A program made the position numbers and the translations under genes. Below are positions 9,601-16,310 of a stretch of DNA of 32,499 nucleotides, piece after piece. The stretch comes from an uncultured Muribaculaceae bacterium. GTDB taxonomy: Bacteria; Bacillota_I; Bacilli_A; RF39; UBA660. Each line of letters begins with the position of its first letter. Position 1 is the stretch's first letter. The notes below the pieces were generated by a model. That model saw only the letters and a list, made by a program, of their open reading frames with translations. It had not been told where the DNA came from and did no database searches. The stretch covers positions 1 to 32,499 of the forward strand of contig CAZKBC010000001.1 in NCBI GenBank assembly GCA_964551265.1. Reading direction: 5' to 3'.

Positions 9601-11609
9601 ATCTAAGTAAAACTGAATTTGATGAAAGAGTTTTAACTGATTTAGGATATCTATCTTTATTATTTAATTCAACAGATGAGCAAATAGAAAAAACTATAGA
9701 TAAAGTTTTAGAAAAATATAAGATTTCAAAAAGCGATCTATATGGTGGTAATAAAGAAAACTTTTTTAATAATTTAATTAATAAATCTAACAATTTAACT
9801 TTAACATTATATCTATTAACTAAAATGGATGCATTTAAATTACAATTTTATTTACATACATTGCAAACAACTTCAAATGATAACAAATTAATATTAATTA
9901 CAATGAAATTTTTAGAATATTTAGCAAAATCAGAAAATACGAATATTGATAGTCTATTGACTGATATTAAATACGCAAATATTATTAAAGATGCATTAAC
10001 AAACTTTAAAAAATCAGTTTTAGGTATTTATTCATTAAGCAAAAAAGATGATATGTCGCTTAATGAACAAATAAACAATTTATTCTTTATGGAAGATATT
10101 AGTCCATATGGAATGGATAAGATAACAGTTGAAATGCTAAAAGAAATGTTATCAAATTTAGCAAAAACTAAAGAAATAGGTTTTAATTCTTTACTTGATA
10201 TAAAAAATATTACAACCCTTAGAGAATTTATAGAAAAGATTATTGGAATAATAATGTTTATAAGTAAAGTTCAAAATAAAGATTCCTCTTCAAATAATCT
10301 TTCAAAATTACCAGACCAAACTATAAAACAAGATTCGACTCCTAAACCTATAGAAGATAAATTAGGTGGTTTTGCTAATGTAAGTAGAGTAAGTAAAGAA
10401 TCACTATTAGATGGATCTAATTTAGGACTACTTACTGTTTATTTACAAAAACTTGATAATATAAATGCTGTAATTGATGTATTAGTAGAAATGAAAGATA
10501 ATGTTCTTCAAGTATATTTAAAAGAACTATATTCTAAATCATTTAATAATAAATTCATTCAAATGATATTAAAATTTTTAGGATATTATGCAACTTCTGA
10601 GAATACAAACTTAGAATCATTATTATCTGATCCTAAATATGCATCAAGTATTAAAGCGGCTCTTAAGGATTTTGGAAAATCTATATTAAATTTTAATTCA
10701 TTAAGTAAGATAGATCACAATGAATTAAATAAAGAAATAAATAATTTGTTTATCTCTGAAAATACCTCTATATATGGAATTGATAAAGTTACTCGAGAAA
10801 TGGTTAAATTAATGTTATCAGAGTCAACAAATACTGATAATGTGGATATCAATTCATTATTAGACCCAAAAAATTCAAATGTATTGAAGAAATTATTACA
10901 AAGAGTTATTAATAATATTATGTTTCTTAATGTAGAAACTAAAGAAAACCTTAATGTAAATATTTCTCCAAATAATATGAGTACAAATAAAGAAGATATT
11001 ATAAAATCATTGCAATTAGCATTTAGAAACGAATCGGTTGGAGACCCTATATTAAAGACTAAACTAAAGAATTATATGACTATAATGAATATTGATTCAG
11101 GTTTAACATTTGAAGAATATTTATATGCACAAGAGTTTAATAATTTTATAAAAATTAATTTTGATAATTCAAATATATTAACTTTAATATATACTTATTT
11201 AGGATCAGGAATTAATTACAATTTTGATATTAGTAGGAAGTTTGAAGAAATAGCTAGTAAAAATAGTCTTAATTTAAGTGAATTAAAATCTGTTAATGGA
11301 GTAAGTTTCATAGTAGAAAACATAATAAAAGAAAACAATATATTATTCACTTTAGAATCTATTCTTAATACAGATAAAGAAGTATCTTATGCTACAATAA
11401 AAAATTTATATAATATAAAAGAAAACTCAAATATTAATAAATTATTTGAATATATCGATGAAAACTTAAAAAGGCCAAAAAACAAATTGTTAGAAGAATT
11501 TTTAGAAGAAGAACAAAACTTAAAAGCAATAGTTCAATTCTTATTAAAAATATTAGTAATATTATTAATGTTAATGTTACTCTCTAACAAAAAAGAAGAG
11601 GTGAAATAA
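6612..11609 (+). CDS. Giant (1665 aa) modular T7SS-associated protein: WXG/LXG-like helical N-terminus, PPG linker, five copies of a ~180-225 aa module, two TM-plus-basic-tail segments
   Basis: A single uninterrupted ORF. The track start is GTG 6612, but ATG 6621 (MKKGLMKVDF…), preceded by GAGTGGTG, is the more likely start. See the repeat features for internal structure. Hydrophobic segments lie at 8832-8888 (WAGLFPLAGLGLIPLIVAL, then KKRDKG) and 11529-11585 (IVQFLLKILVILLMLMLLS, then NKKEEVK). The stop shares one nt with the next ATG. Confidence 0.8.
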   Translation: MVRMKKGLMKVDFVSVKAYSDKLKAKAEEINVSFVAPTSMPIISVGLVPTYFTDFSDAIKRFNLYLTNLSDAVAKYHDGLASIEGYATEQGPAVGDDPGYSPGGNNPPGEGTPPGVVVPPGGSVPPPTVPIEIPPGLMQLSGYAALGPNASMSDIMASIGAIAAGLGISVSDLFSGEYNHLISQILGAATNNAVFIATITQLGESALQAYLKQLMSASSQPTFMVPIAEFLKYLAKFKDSKLSTIMNDPKYAIDIKTALQDHRVSLVNLNDLGSKGAIDVQGELKNIITGNNQGSVKVDPITTEILKDYLTGVAQKNNITLDQLLNDAKYADLAKTALNEFLKFWLYGDQSGLLFAGLAIVNGNMVSTLAPIQISKEDLEKSGYTELRVGASREDVNASLAAILAKLGLTTEDLYSGKYNNLLTQILNNSSSTSTFIYTVNQLDEQNLQAYLNELYKAESTPKHFVPVSSYLSYLAKEQGTDMNGLLTDDKYASLIKGSLDLHRNSLVNLNGLNQQEITTIQKELNQIMLPEGTEEYNVDNVTKKMLEDFLKSVADKNKISLNDMLTQDKYAQLTKDSLNEFLKFQLHGDDNSLPTAGLIQELNNVAVENNTTTENILNGNNNDALSNYISNTDNNTNVSEVINNMDDKGLQNFVGEIVNENKHPEVVANPVIQKVVQTIYRNTEYIKGNTNEMVTLPKEEIVEEIKIEELPKEEIKEILTKEEYAPKIKEVVQTTNSFNWAGLFPLAGLGLIPLIVALKKRDKGNGEEIAYVSDAKKGLIDANFTYFADSNIVSEESLLDGSNFELLSIYLSQLDSLSAVLNVLANMKDDNLQKYLLQLYNLKFEHVWSGNSLIIKILFNDLSRIASKQGIDLSTLLSNSNYVVWVKTSIVDIAKMYTKYEEDINTSGGFKLFLSSVLGKSIIVNQENYQILNTFLELSAKNLGINIEALLNQISEFNNKLTIFAIIRYGEGVKPYLFGFINSLYQEIPNDKEYDNLSKTEFDERVLTDLGYLSLLFNSTDEQIEKTIDKVLEKYKISKSDLYGGNKENFFNNLINKSNNLTLTLYLLTKMDAFKLQFYLHTLQTTSNDNKLILITMKFLEYLAKSENTNIDSLLTDIKYANIIKDALTNFKKSVLGIYSLSKKDDMSLNEQINNLFFMEDISPYGMDKITVEMLKEMLSNLAKTKEIGFNSLLDIKNITTLREFIEKIIGIIMFISKVQNKDSSSNNLSKLPDQTIKQDSTPKPIEDKLGGFANVSRVSKESLLDGSNLGLLTVYLQKLDNINAVIDVLVEMKDNVLQVYLKELYSKSFNNKFIQMILKFLGYYATSENTNLESLLSDPKYASSIKAALKDFGKSILNFNSLSKIDHNELNKEINNLFISENTSIYGIDKVTREMVKLMLSESTNTDNVDINSLLDPKNSNVLKKLLQRVINNIMFLNVETKENLNVNISPNNMSTNKEDIIKSLQLAFRNESVGDPILKTKLKNYMTIMNIDSGLTFEEYLYAQEFNNFIKINFDNSNILTLIYTYLGSGINYNFDISRKFEEIASKNSLNLSELKSVNGVSFIVENIIKENNILFTLESILNTDKEVSYATIKNLYNIKENSNINKLFEYIDENLKRPKNKLLEEFLEEEQNLKAIVQFLLKILVILLMLMLLSNKKEEVK
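6912..7001 (+). repeat. 18-nt (hexapeptide) tandem repeat encoding SPGGNN-PPGEGT-PPGVVV-PPGGSV-PPPTVP
   Basis: CCACCAGGAG recurs at 6930, 6948 and 6966, with TCACCAGGAG at 6912, giving a period of 18 nt. This is a locally GC-rich island inside AT-rich DNA. Confidence 0.85.
7020..8408 (+). repeat. Two tandem copies (7020-7686, 7731-8408) of a ~225-aa protein module (A1/A2)
   Basis: The copies align by eye over their full length. Matching blocks include SDLFSGEYNHLISQIL / EDLYSGKYNNLLTQIL, LQAYLKQL / LQAYLNEL, FLKYLAK / YLSYLAK, NDPKYAIDIKTAL / TDDKYASLIKGSL, HRVSLVNLNDL / HRNSLVNLNGL, DAKYADLAKTALNEFLKFWLYGD / QDKYAQLTKDSLNEFLKFQLHGD and LLFAGL / LPTAGL. Confidence 0.9.
8700..8783 (+). repeat. 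Two 42-nt units encoding LPKEEIVEEIKIEE / LPKEEIKEILTKEE
   Basis: The 18-nt string CTTCCAAAAGAAGAGATT occurs at 8700-8717 and 8742-8759, just upstream of the internal TM segment. Confidence 0.85.
8991..10943 (+). repeat. Three further diverged copies of the same module family (B1 8991-~9530, B2 9723-~10283, B3 10387-10943)
   Basis: B1 and B3 open with VSEESLLDGSNFELLSIYLSQLDSLSAVLNVLANMKDDNLQKYL / VSKESLLDGSNLGLLTVYLQKLDNINAVIDVLVEMKDNVLQVYL. B2 and B3 share MKFLEYLAKSENTNIDSLLTDIKYANIIKDAL / LKFLGYYATSENTNLESLLSDPKYASSIKAAL and LNEQINNLFFMEDISPYGMDKITVEMLKEML / LNKEINNLFISENTSIYGIDKVTREMVKLML. B2 starts with SDLYGGNKENFFNNLIN, matching the A-module SDLFSGEYNHLISQIL. Confidence 0.8.
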
Positions 11610-11917
11610 TGGAATCTGTTTATGTAAATTTTGATGCAATTGATTCTAGTAATCTTGCTTTAATAAAGGATTATAACAGCGTAGTAGAACAAGCTGAAAG
11701 ATTAAAACAAATAGTTGATTCTGTCGATGTAAGTTGGGTAGATAAAATAGTTAGTTCATCCGAAAAATATAAAGATTATACATTGTTGATGATAAATGAT
11801 ATTATTATGAATTTAGATGAATTAAAAAACCTAATGACTAATGTTGGAATAGCAATGGAAGAATATACTAATAATGAAACGACAGGGGAAACAAATATAA
11901 ATAGTGTAAGTTTTTAA
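11609..11917 (+). CDS. WXG100-like ~100 aa helical protein (W-V-D at the hairpin position)
   Basis: 102 aa. RBS GAGGTG, and the ATG shares one nt with the stop of the giant gene. SWVDK at aa 42-46 sits where WXG is expected. Composition is helical. Confidence 0.5.
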   Translation: MESVYVNFDAIDSSNLALIKDYNSVVEQAERLKQIVDSVDVSWVDKIVSSSEKYKDYTLLMINDIIMNLDELKNLMTNVGIAMEEYTNNETTGETNINSVSF

Positions 11918-11928
11918 TAGGAGGCTTT

Positions 11929-13341
11929 ATGCAATATACTGATTATGACAAATACAAAACAGCTATTGAGAGTACTGATTTTAATCAATTAAATACTCTT
12001 TTAGCAAATATAAACTCAATAGAAAGTGATTTTGTTAATAAAATTGATGTTGATGCTAGTTGGGAAAGTAGTGTTAAAGTAGCTTTAATTGATAAAATTA
12101 ATAGTTTTAAAACTGAGTTTAGAAAGCTGTCTTTAGAATCAACAAATTTAAACAACATTGTTACATTATCAGACGAATTAAAAACTAAAATTATTGAATA
12201 TAAGAGATTAAATACTGAAATAAACAGACTAAACGGAGAATTAAGCACTGCAGAAAGCCATAATAAAAAAGTTAATGATGCAAATAATAGCACATCGTCA
12301 TTTTCTTCAACTGGAGGTACTCAATATGGTGGAAGAGGTGGGAGTCTTGATAACTTGATTCCTGATTCTACAATTAATTCTTTAAAAACTCAAATTAAAA
12401 CAAATACTAGCAATTATAATTCTATTCAACAAGAAATAGAATCATTAATTAAAAAATTACAAGCAATTGAATTTGGAAAGGCTGGAATTGCTCAAACAGC
12501 TTCTTCTACAGGAACTACTGCTCAAGTAGGACCAAGCGGGCAAACAATTGGTAACTTAGATGCAGCTACATTAGTTGCTACTGGAAGTGGTGATTACAAC
12601 GCTATATTTGCTAAACAATTTGAACAACCAATACAATCTAATATTGAAGCTCTTCACTTAAGTCAATTAAGTATAAGTGGAAGTGCCGGATTAGCAAGCG
12701 TTGTTATTACAAATATGCCAGGAACAACAGATAAAAATCAAATGGTAGCAATAGATTTAGCAACTTTAGTATTACCTAAATTGAACGCTCAAAGAGAACT
12801 TGCTGATGAAGCTTTACAACAACAAAAGGATTTATTACAAAGAACAAAAGATCAAAATTTCAATAAGTTTTGGCCCGGACAAAATGATGGAGATATAAGA
12901 GAATTAGCGGTTGCTAGAGATAATGAAACTGATCCGGTTATAATTGCAGAATACAATAAGAAAATTGAAGCAGCTGTTGAAAAGTTTAATAAAGAAAATG
13001 CTAACTTAATACCTATTGAAAATGTATTGGAGCCAGTATTAACTACAACTGTTGCTGGAAATATTCCAATTCCACCAGCAGTTAAAGAGACTCAAGTATT
13101 GTCTTTATTTACAGAGAGCCTATATAATAGTCCTCCACCTGATACAACTATGAGAACTCTTACTGATTCAAGTGGAAATATTACAGGATACGAAATAGTC
13201 GATAATAGAGTCGAAAATTCTTCTCAAACTTATACATTAAATATAGCAAATGATGGATATCAATTATCAACAGGAGATCAAGGAACATATTTTTATCCTA
13301 AAAGTAATACTATCAACGATTTAAGTTCACCAAAAAATTAA
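11929..13341 (+). CDS. 470-aa putative T7SS substrate: WXG/LXG-like helical N-terminal ~110 aa (…DASWESSVKVAL…), Gly/Ser-rich linker, C-terminal domain of unknown function
   Basis: RBS TAGGAGG. It has no signal peptide and no TM. The N-terminal coiled-coil-like region has W-E-S at aa 44-46. No toxin or enzyme motif was recognised in the C-terminal ~300 aa. Confidence 0.5.
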   Translation: MQYTDYDKYKTAIESTDFNQLNTLLANINSIESDFVNKIDVDASWESSVKVALIDKINSFKTEFRKLSLESTNLNNIVTLSDELKTKIIEYKRLNTEINRLNGELSTAESHNKKVNDANNSTSSFSSTGGTQYGGRGGSLDNLIPDSTINSLKTQIKTNTSNYNSIQQEIESLIKKLQAIEFGKAGIAQTASSTGTTAQVGPSGQTIGNLDAATLVATGSGDYNAIFAKQFEQPIQSNIEALHLSQLSISGSAGLASVVITNMPGTTDKNQMVAIDLATLVLPKLNAQRELADEALQQQKDLLQRTKDQNFNKFWPGQNDGDIRELAVARDNETDPVIIAEYNKKIEAAVEKFNKENANLIPIENVLEPVLTTTVAGNIPIPPAVKETQVLSLFTESLYNSPPPDTTMRTLTDSSGNITGYEIVDNRVENSSQTYTLNIANDGYQLSTGDQGTYFYPKSNTINDLSSPKN

Positions 13342-13386
13342 AATTCAAATGATGAAATTAATTAATAATATAATAAGAATTTTTAT

Positions 13387-13417
13387 AAACAATTTTCTTT
13401 TTGAAAATTGTTTTTTT
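13387..13417 (+). terminator. Rho-independent terminator closing the T7SS gene string
   Basis: AAACAATTTTC (13387-13397), a TTTTT loop, then GAAAATTGTTT (13403-13413), followed by TTTT. Confidence 0.8.
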
Positions 13418-13432
13418 GTGCTACAATTCCAA

Positions 13433-13461
13433 TTGTATTAAGTATTAATTTATGATAAAAT
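13433..13461 (+). promoter_or_regulatory. sigma-A-type promoter with extended -10
   Basis: TTGTAT (13433-13438), a 17 nt spacer, then TAAAAT (13456-13461), preceded by TGa. Confidence 0.5.
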
Positions 13462-13482
13462 TATAGTAGGAGGATGTGTGAT

Positions 13483-14103
13483 ATGGCAAAAATACTAGAC
13501 TATTTAGTGGAAAATTATATATATGTTGCGGCAATATCTGGTTTTTTTATAATAGTGTTAATTGGCTTTTTAGTAAAAGATAGAAAAAAGGGAAAAAATA
13601 AAAAAGATAAAGAAGAAAAAAATGAAAGTAATATAAATATTGTTGATAATAAACCAATAGATATACAAAATACTGAGACTAATGAGAGTATTGTTACAAA
13701 AATTGAAGAAAGTGCTGGTACAGAACCAAAGATGGATTTTGTAAAAACAATTGAAGAGAATGTAGGATCCCCTGTTGTAGAAGTAAAGGAAATTGAAGTT
13801 CCAACTGAACCAACTCTTTCAGTTGTAGAATCCTCAAGTTTTGAGATTAATAATCAAACTTATAGTATCAATGATGTTGAACCATCTAACAATAAATTTC
13901 AAGTTGTATTAGATGCAAAAGAAACAGTAAGCGAAGTTGAACCAACAGTAGTTGATAATAAAGTCGAAGTTTTCGATTTAGATGATACAGTTGTATTAAA
14001 TAAGAAAAAATTGGATGATGAAGTAGATATTATTGACTTTAGTGATATAAATAAATTTGAATCTCACGATGATATTCCTAACCCAATTATTAAAGATAAT
14101 TAG
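13483..14103 (+). CDS. N-terminally membrane-anchored, highly acidic low-complexity protein of unknown function
   Basis: The ORF track starts at 13474, but that ATG abuts the AGGAGG (13468-13473). The in-frame ATG at 13483 has 9-nt spacing. One TM (YIYVAAISGFFIIVLIGFLV) is followed by a KDRKKGKNKKDKEEK stop-transfer stretch and an E/D/V/N-rich tail. Confidence 0.6.
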   Translation: MAKILDYLVENYIYVAAISGFFIIVLIGFLVKDRKKGKNKKDKEEKNESNINIVDNKPIDIQNTETNESIVTKIEESAGTEPKMDFVKTIEENVGSPVVEVKEIEVPTEPTLSVVESSSFEINNQTYSINDVEPSNNKFQVVLDAKETVSEVEPTVVDNKVEVFDLDDTVVLNKKKLDDEVDIIDFSDINKFESHDDIPNPIIKDN

Positions 14104-14114
14104 AATGAATGTAA

Positions 14115-14151
14115 AAAAAGACAAAATTCGTTGACAATTATTGTCTTTTTT
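14115..14151 (+). terminator. Hairpin terminator downstream of the 13483-14103 gene, overlapping the rplM promoter
   Basis: AAAAAGACAA (14115-14124) pairs with TTGTCTTTTT (14141-14150) around a 16-nt loop. The U-tract is partly inside the stem. Confidence 0.45.
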
Positions 14152-14159
14152 AGTAAAAT
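14131..14159 (+). promoter_or_regulatory. Consensus sigma-A promoter of rplM-rpsI
   Basis: TTGACA (14131-14136), exactly 17 nt, then TAAAAT (14154-14159). It leaves a ~70-nt leader before the rplM ATG. Confidence 0.75.
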
Positions 14160-14232
14160 CATAATCGGTACATTTAAATCCCAATTTAAGTTTTCCGAAG
14201 AAACTTTAAATATTATAAGAAAGGGAAAAAAT

Positions 14233-14673
14233 ATGAATACATTTATGCAAAGAAAAGAAGACGTTAAAAGAGAATGGTATGTAATAGATGCTAGTGATAT
14301 TCCTCTTGGAAGATTGTCTACAAAAGTAGCAATGCTTTTAACTGGAAAAAATAAAGCAACTTATACACCACATGTTGATTGTGGAGATAATGTTATAGTA
14401 ATTAATGCTTCTAAAGTGGAATTAACAGGAAACAAACTAGAAGATAAGAAATATTATAATCATAGTCAATATCCTGGAGGTTTAAGAGTAAGAACAGCAA
14501 GAACTATGAGAGAATCATATCCAACAGAAATGATTGAATTAGCGGTTAAAGGAATGCTTCCAAAGGGCATACTAGGAAGACAAATGATTAAGAAATTATT
14601 TGTATATGCTGATGAAAATCATACTCATACAGCTCAAAAACCAATTGAATTGAAAGTTAATAAGGAGAATTAA
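14233..14673 (+). CDS. rplM: 50S ribosomal protein L13
   Basis: From [20 protein letters not shown]… the protein aligns along its whole length with Bacillus L13 (…[17 protein letters not shown]…GMLPKG.LGRQM.KKL.VY…). The upstream part of the track ORF (14131-14232) covers the promoter and leader and is not coding. Confidence 0.96.
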   Translation: MNTFMQRKEDVKREWYVIDASDIPLGRLSTKVAMLLTGKNKATYTPHVDCGDNVIVINASKVELTGNKLEDKKYYNHSQYPGGLRVRTARTMRESYPTEMIELAVKGMLPKGILGRQMIKKLFVYADENHTHTAQKPIELKVNKEN

Positions 14674-14674
14674 T

Positions 14675-15094
14675 ATGGCAGAGAAAAAAGTATATATTGG
14701 AACTGGTCATCGTAAATCTTCTATAGCAAGAGTTAGAATGACATCAGGAAAAGGAAAAATCACTATAAATGGAAAAGATATGAATGAATACTTACCTTTC
14801 CCAACATTAGTGTTAGACCTATGCCAACCACTAGAAGCTACAAATACAAGAGATAAATTTGACATCGAAGTAAGTACATATGGTGGTGGATTTTCTGGTC
14901 AAACTGGCGCAATTCGTTTAGGAATAACAAGAGCATTGTTAGAATATGATATTAATACAGATCCTAAAAGTGAAACATCATTTAGAAGAATATTAAAAGC
15001 TAGCGGTTTTATTACAAGAGATTCTAGGAAAAAAGAACGTAAAAAATATGGACTTAAAAAAGCTCGTAGAGCACCACAATTTAGTAAACGTTAA
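14675..15094 (+). CDS. rpsI: 30S ribosomal protein S9
   Basis: [14 protein letters not shown]…[20 protein letters not shown]…[25 protein letters not shown]. It begins 1 nt after the rplM stop. It carries an ~8-aa insertion (…[13 protein letters not shown]…) relative to Bacillus S9 as I recall it. Confidence 0.96.
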   Translation: MAEKKVYIGTGHRKSSIARVRMTSGKGKITINGKDMNEYLPFPTLVLDLCQPLEATNTRDKFDIEVSTYGGGFSGQTGAIRLGITRALLEYDINTDPKSETSFRRILKASGFITRDSRKKERKKYGLKKARRAPQFSKR

Positions 15095-15155
15095 TAAAAA
15101 GAACATTAGAACTGCATTGAATAATTTCTACATGAAATAAAAAGTTTTTAACTAT

Positions 15156-15187
15156 AACAGCGTCGATAATTCATCGATGTTGTTTTT
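15156..15187 (+). terminator. Rho-independent terminator after rpsI
   Basis: AACAGCGTCGAT (15156-15167) pairs with ATCGATGTTG (15173-15182), including two G-U pairs, and is followed by TTTTT. Confidence 0.6.
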
Positions 15188-15261
15188 AATTTTTATGTTA
15201 TTGTTATAGTATACAAATTGATCTAATGCAATTTTTAATTCTTTTATATCTTTTGGTTTAT

Positions 15262-16233
15262 TTATTTTTCAAAATATTTATTATATAATTTTAAATTACA
15301 ATCTTTACCAGTTACATATGAAAGGTTAGTAAATATTTCTTTTATATATTCAATATTTTTGTTGTCATATAATATTTTGTTTGTTTCTTCTATTAAATAT
15401 ATTGCTTTATTAATTGCAATATGATATAAATCGTCAAATGAATGATTATATTTTTCTTCTATAATGCATGGATGATTCCATGTTTTATGTTCATTATTTA
15501 AATAATCTTCTTTATTTATATATTCTTTAGCATACGATAATACTTCTACATTTATTTTGAGAAAAGGAAATAATTTATTTATTGCTTTATATATATGCTT
15601 TTTTATTGAATAAGGATCGTATCTAAGAAGATAATAAGATAAGTTCATAATTCTTAGACTTATATAATAATATTTAGATACCTTATCAACATTAAAGGTA
15701 TTGATGAAAGTATAATCTATTGCTTTATTAAGTTTTTCATCAAATCTTTTTAAGTCGAATATATATTTATGAATTTTAAATTTACTGGGTTTAATCTTTT
15801 CATTTTTATTTATCATATAATTATCTAGATATTTCTCCATCTCATCATGTTTATTTTTATATTTTAATGTTTCCTTTTTTCTTTTATTATATACTCCGGT
15901 TTTATAAAACACATATGGATGAACAGTTGAATCTAAAGAGTAATGAAGAATAAAGCCATATAAAAAATTAATAACATCTGTGTTATTTTCTAGATTATTT
16001 TCAACAATATATTTAATTAGATTATAAAAAAATAATTGAGTATTTATTCTTTGTACTTTTTTACCTAGTTTTCTAATATCTTTAGCTATATTTATATTAA
16101 AAGAATGATAAAAAAATAATATATCGGGTCCCTGAGAAAATGTTTTTAATCTATTTATATCAATATTCTTCTTACTCTTCAATTTATTATAAACATCAGT
16201 AGCAAAGTATCCATGTGTTATTGAACTTGGCAT
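15262..16233 (-). CDS. Zinc-dependent phospholipase C family protein (intracellular, no signal peptide)
   Basis: The likely start is ATG 16233 (MPSSITHGYFA…), 4 nt after the GAGGTG RBS; the track start, GTG 16245, lies immediately upstream of and overlapping that RBS. Family hallmarks recalled from clostridial homologs: N-terminal MP..ITH, QGPDILFFY, and HYSLDSTVHPYVFY. Confidence 0.55.
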   Translation of the reverse strand: MPSSITHGYFATDVYNKLKSKKNIDINRLKTFSQGPDILFFYHSFNINIAKDIRKLGKKVQRINTQLFFYNLIKYIVENNLENNTDVINFLYGFILHYSLDSTVHPYVFYKTGVYNKRKKETLKYKNKHDEMEKYLDNYMINKNEKIKPSKFKIHKYIFDLKRFDEKLNKAIDYTFINTFNVDKVSKYYYISLRIMNLSYYLLRYDPYSIKKHIYKAINKLFPFLKINVEVLSYAKEYINKEDYLNNEHKTWNHPCIIEEKYNHSFDDLYHIAINKAIYLIEETNKILYDNKNIEYIKEIFTNLSYVTGKDCNLKLYNKYFEK

Positions 16234-16286
16234 ATTACACCTCACTACTATATTAGAGTTTTTTTATTAAAAAATCAACAATTTTA

Positions 16287-16295
16287 TGTTATAAT
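16287..16295 (+). promoter_or_regulatory. Extended -10 element (TGtTATAAT) upstream of the Abi_2 gene
   Basis: TG at 16287-16288 and TATAAT at 16290-16295. There is no good -35. It lies in a 65-nt divergent intergenic region shared with the phospholipase-C-family gene. Confidence 0.4.
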
Positions 16296-16310
16296 TTTAA
16301 TGGTGATAAT

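Noticed and set aside
14131-14232. N-terminal 34-aa extension of the rplM ORF in the track
   Set aside because: The extension begins on the TTG of the TTGACA -35 hexamer and covers the promoter and leader. L13 homology starts at [20 protein letters not shown] (ATG 14233).
14160-14232. Possible L13 ribosomal-protein leader RNA in the rplM 5'UTR
   Set aside because: Firmicutes have a described L13 leader motif, and a small hairpin (AAGTTTT/GAAACTT, around 14188-14206) is present. I cannot match the covariance model by eye. It needs a cmsearch run, so it is not reported as a feature.
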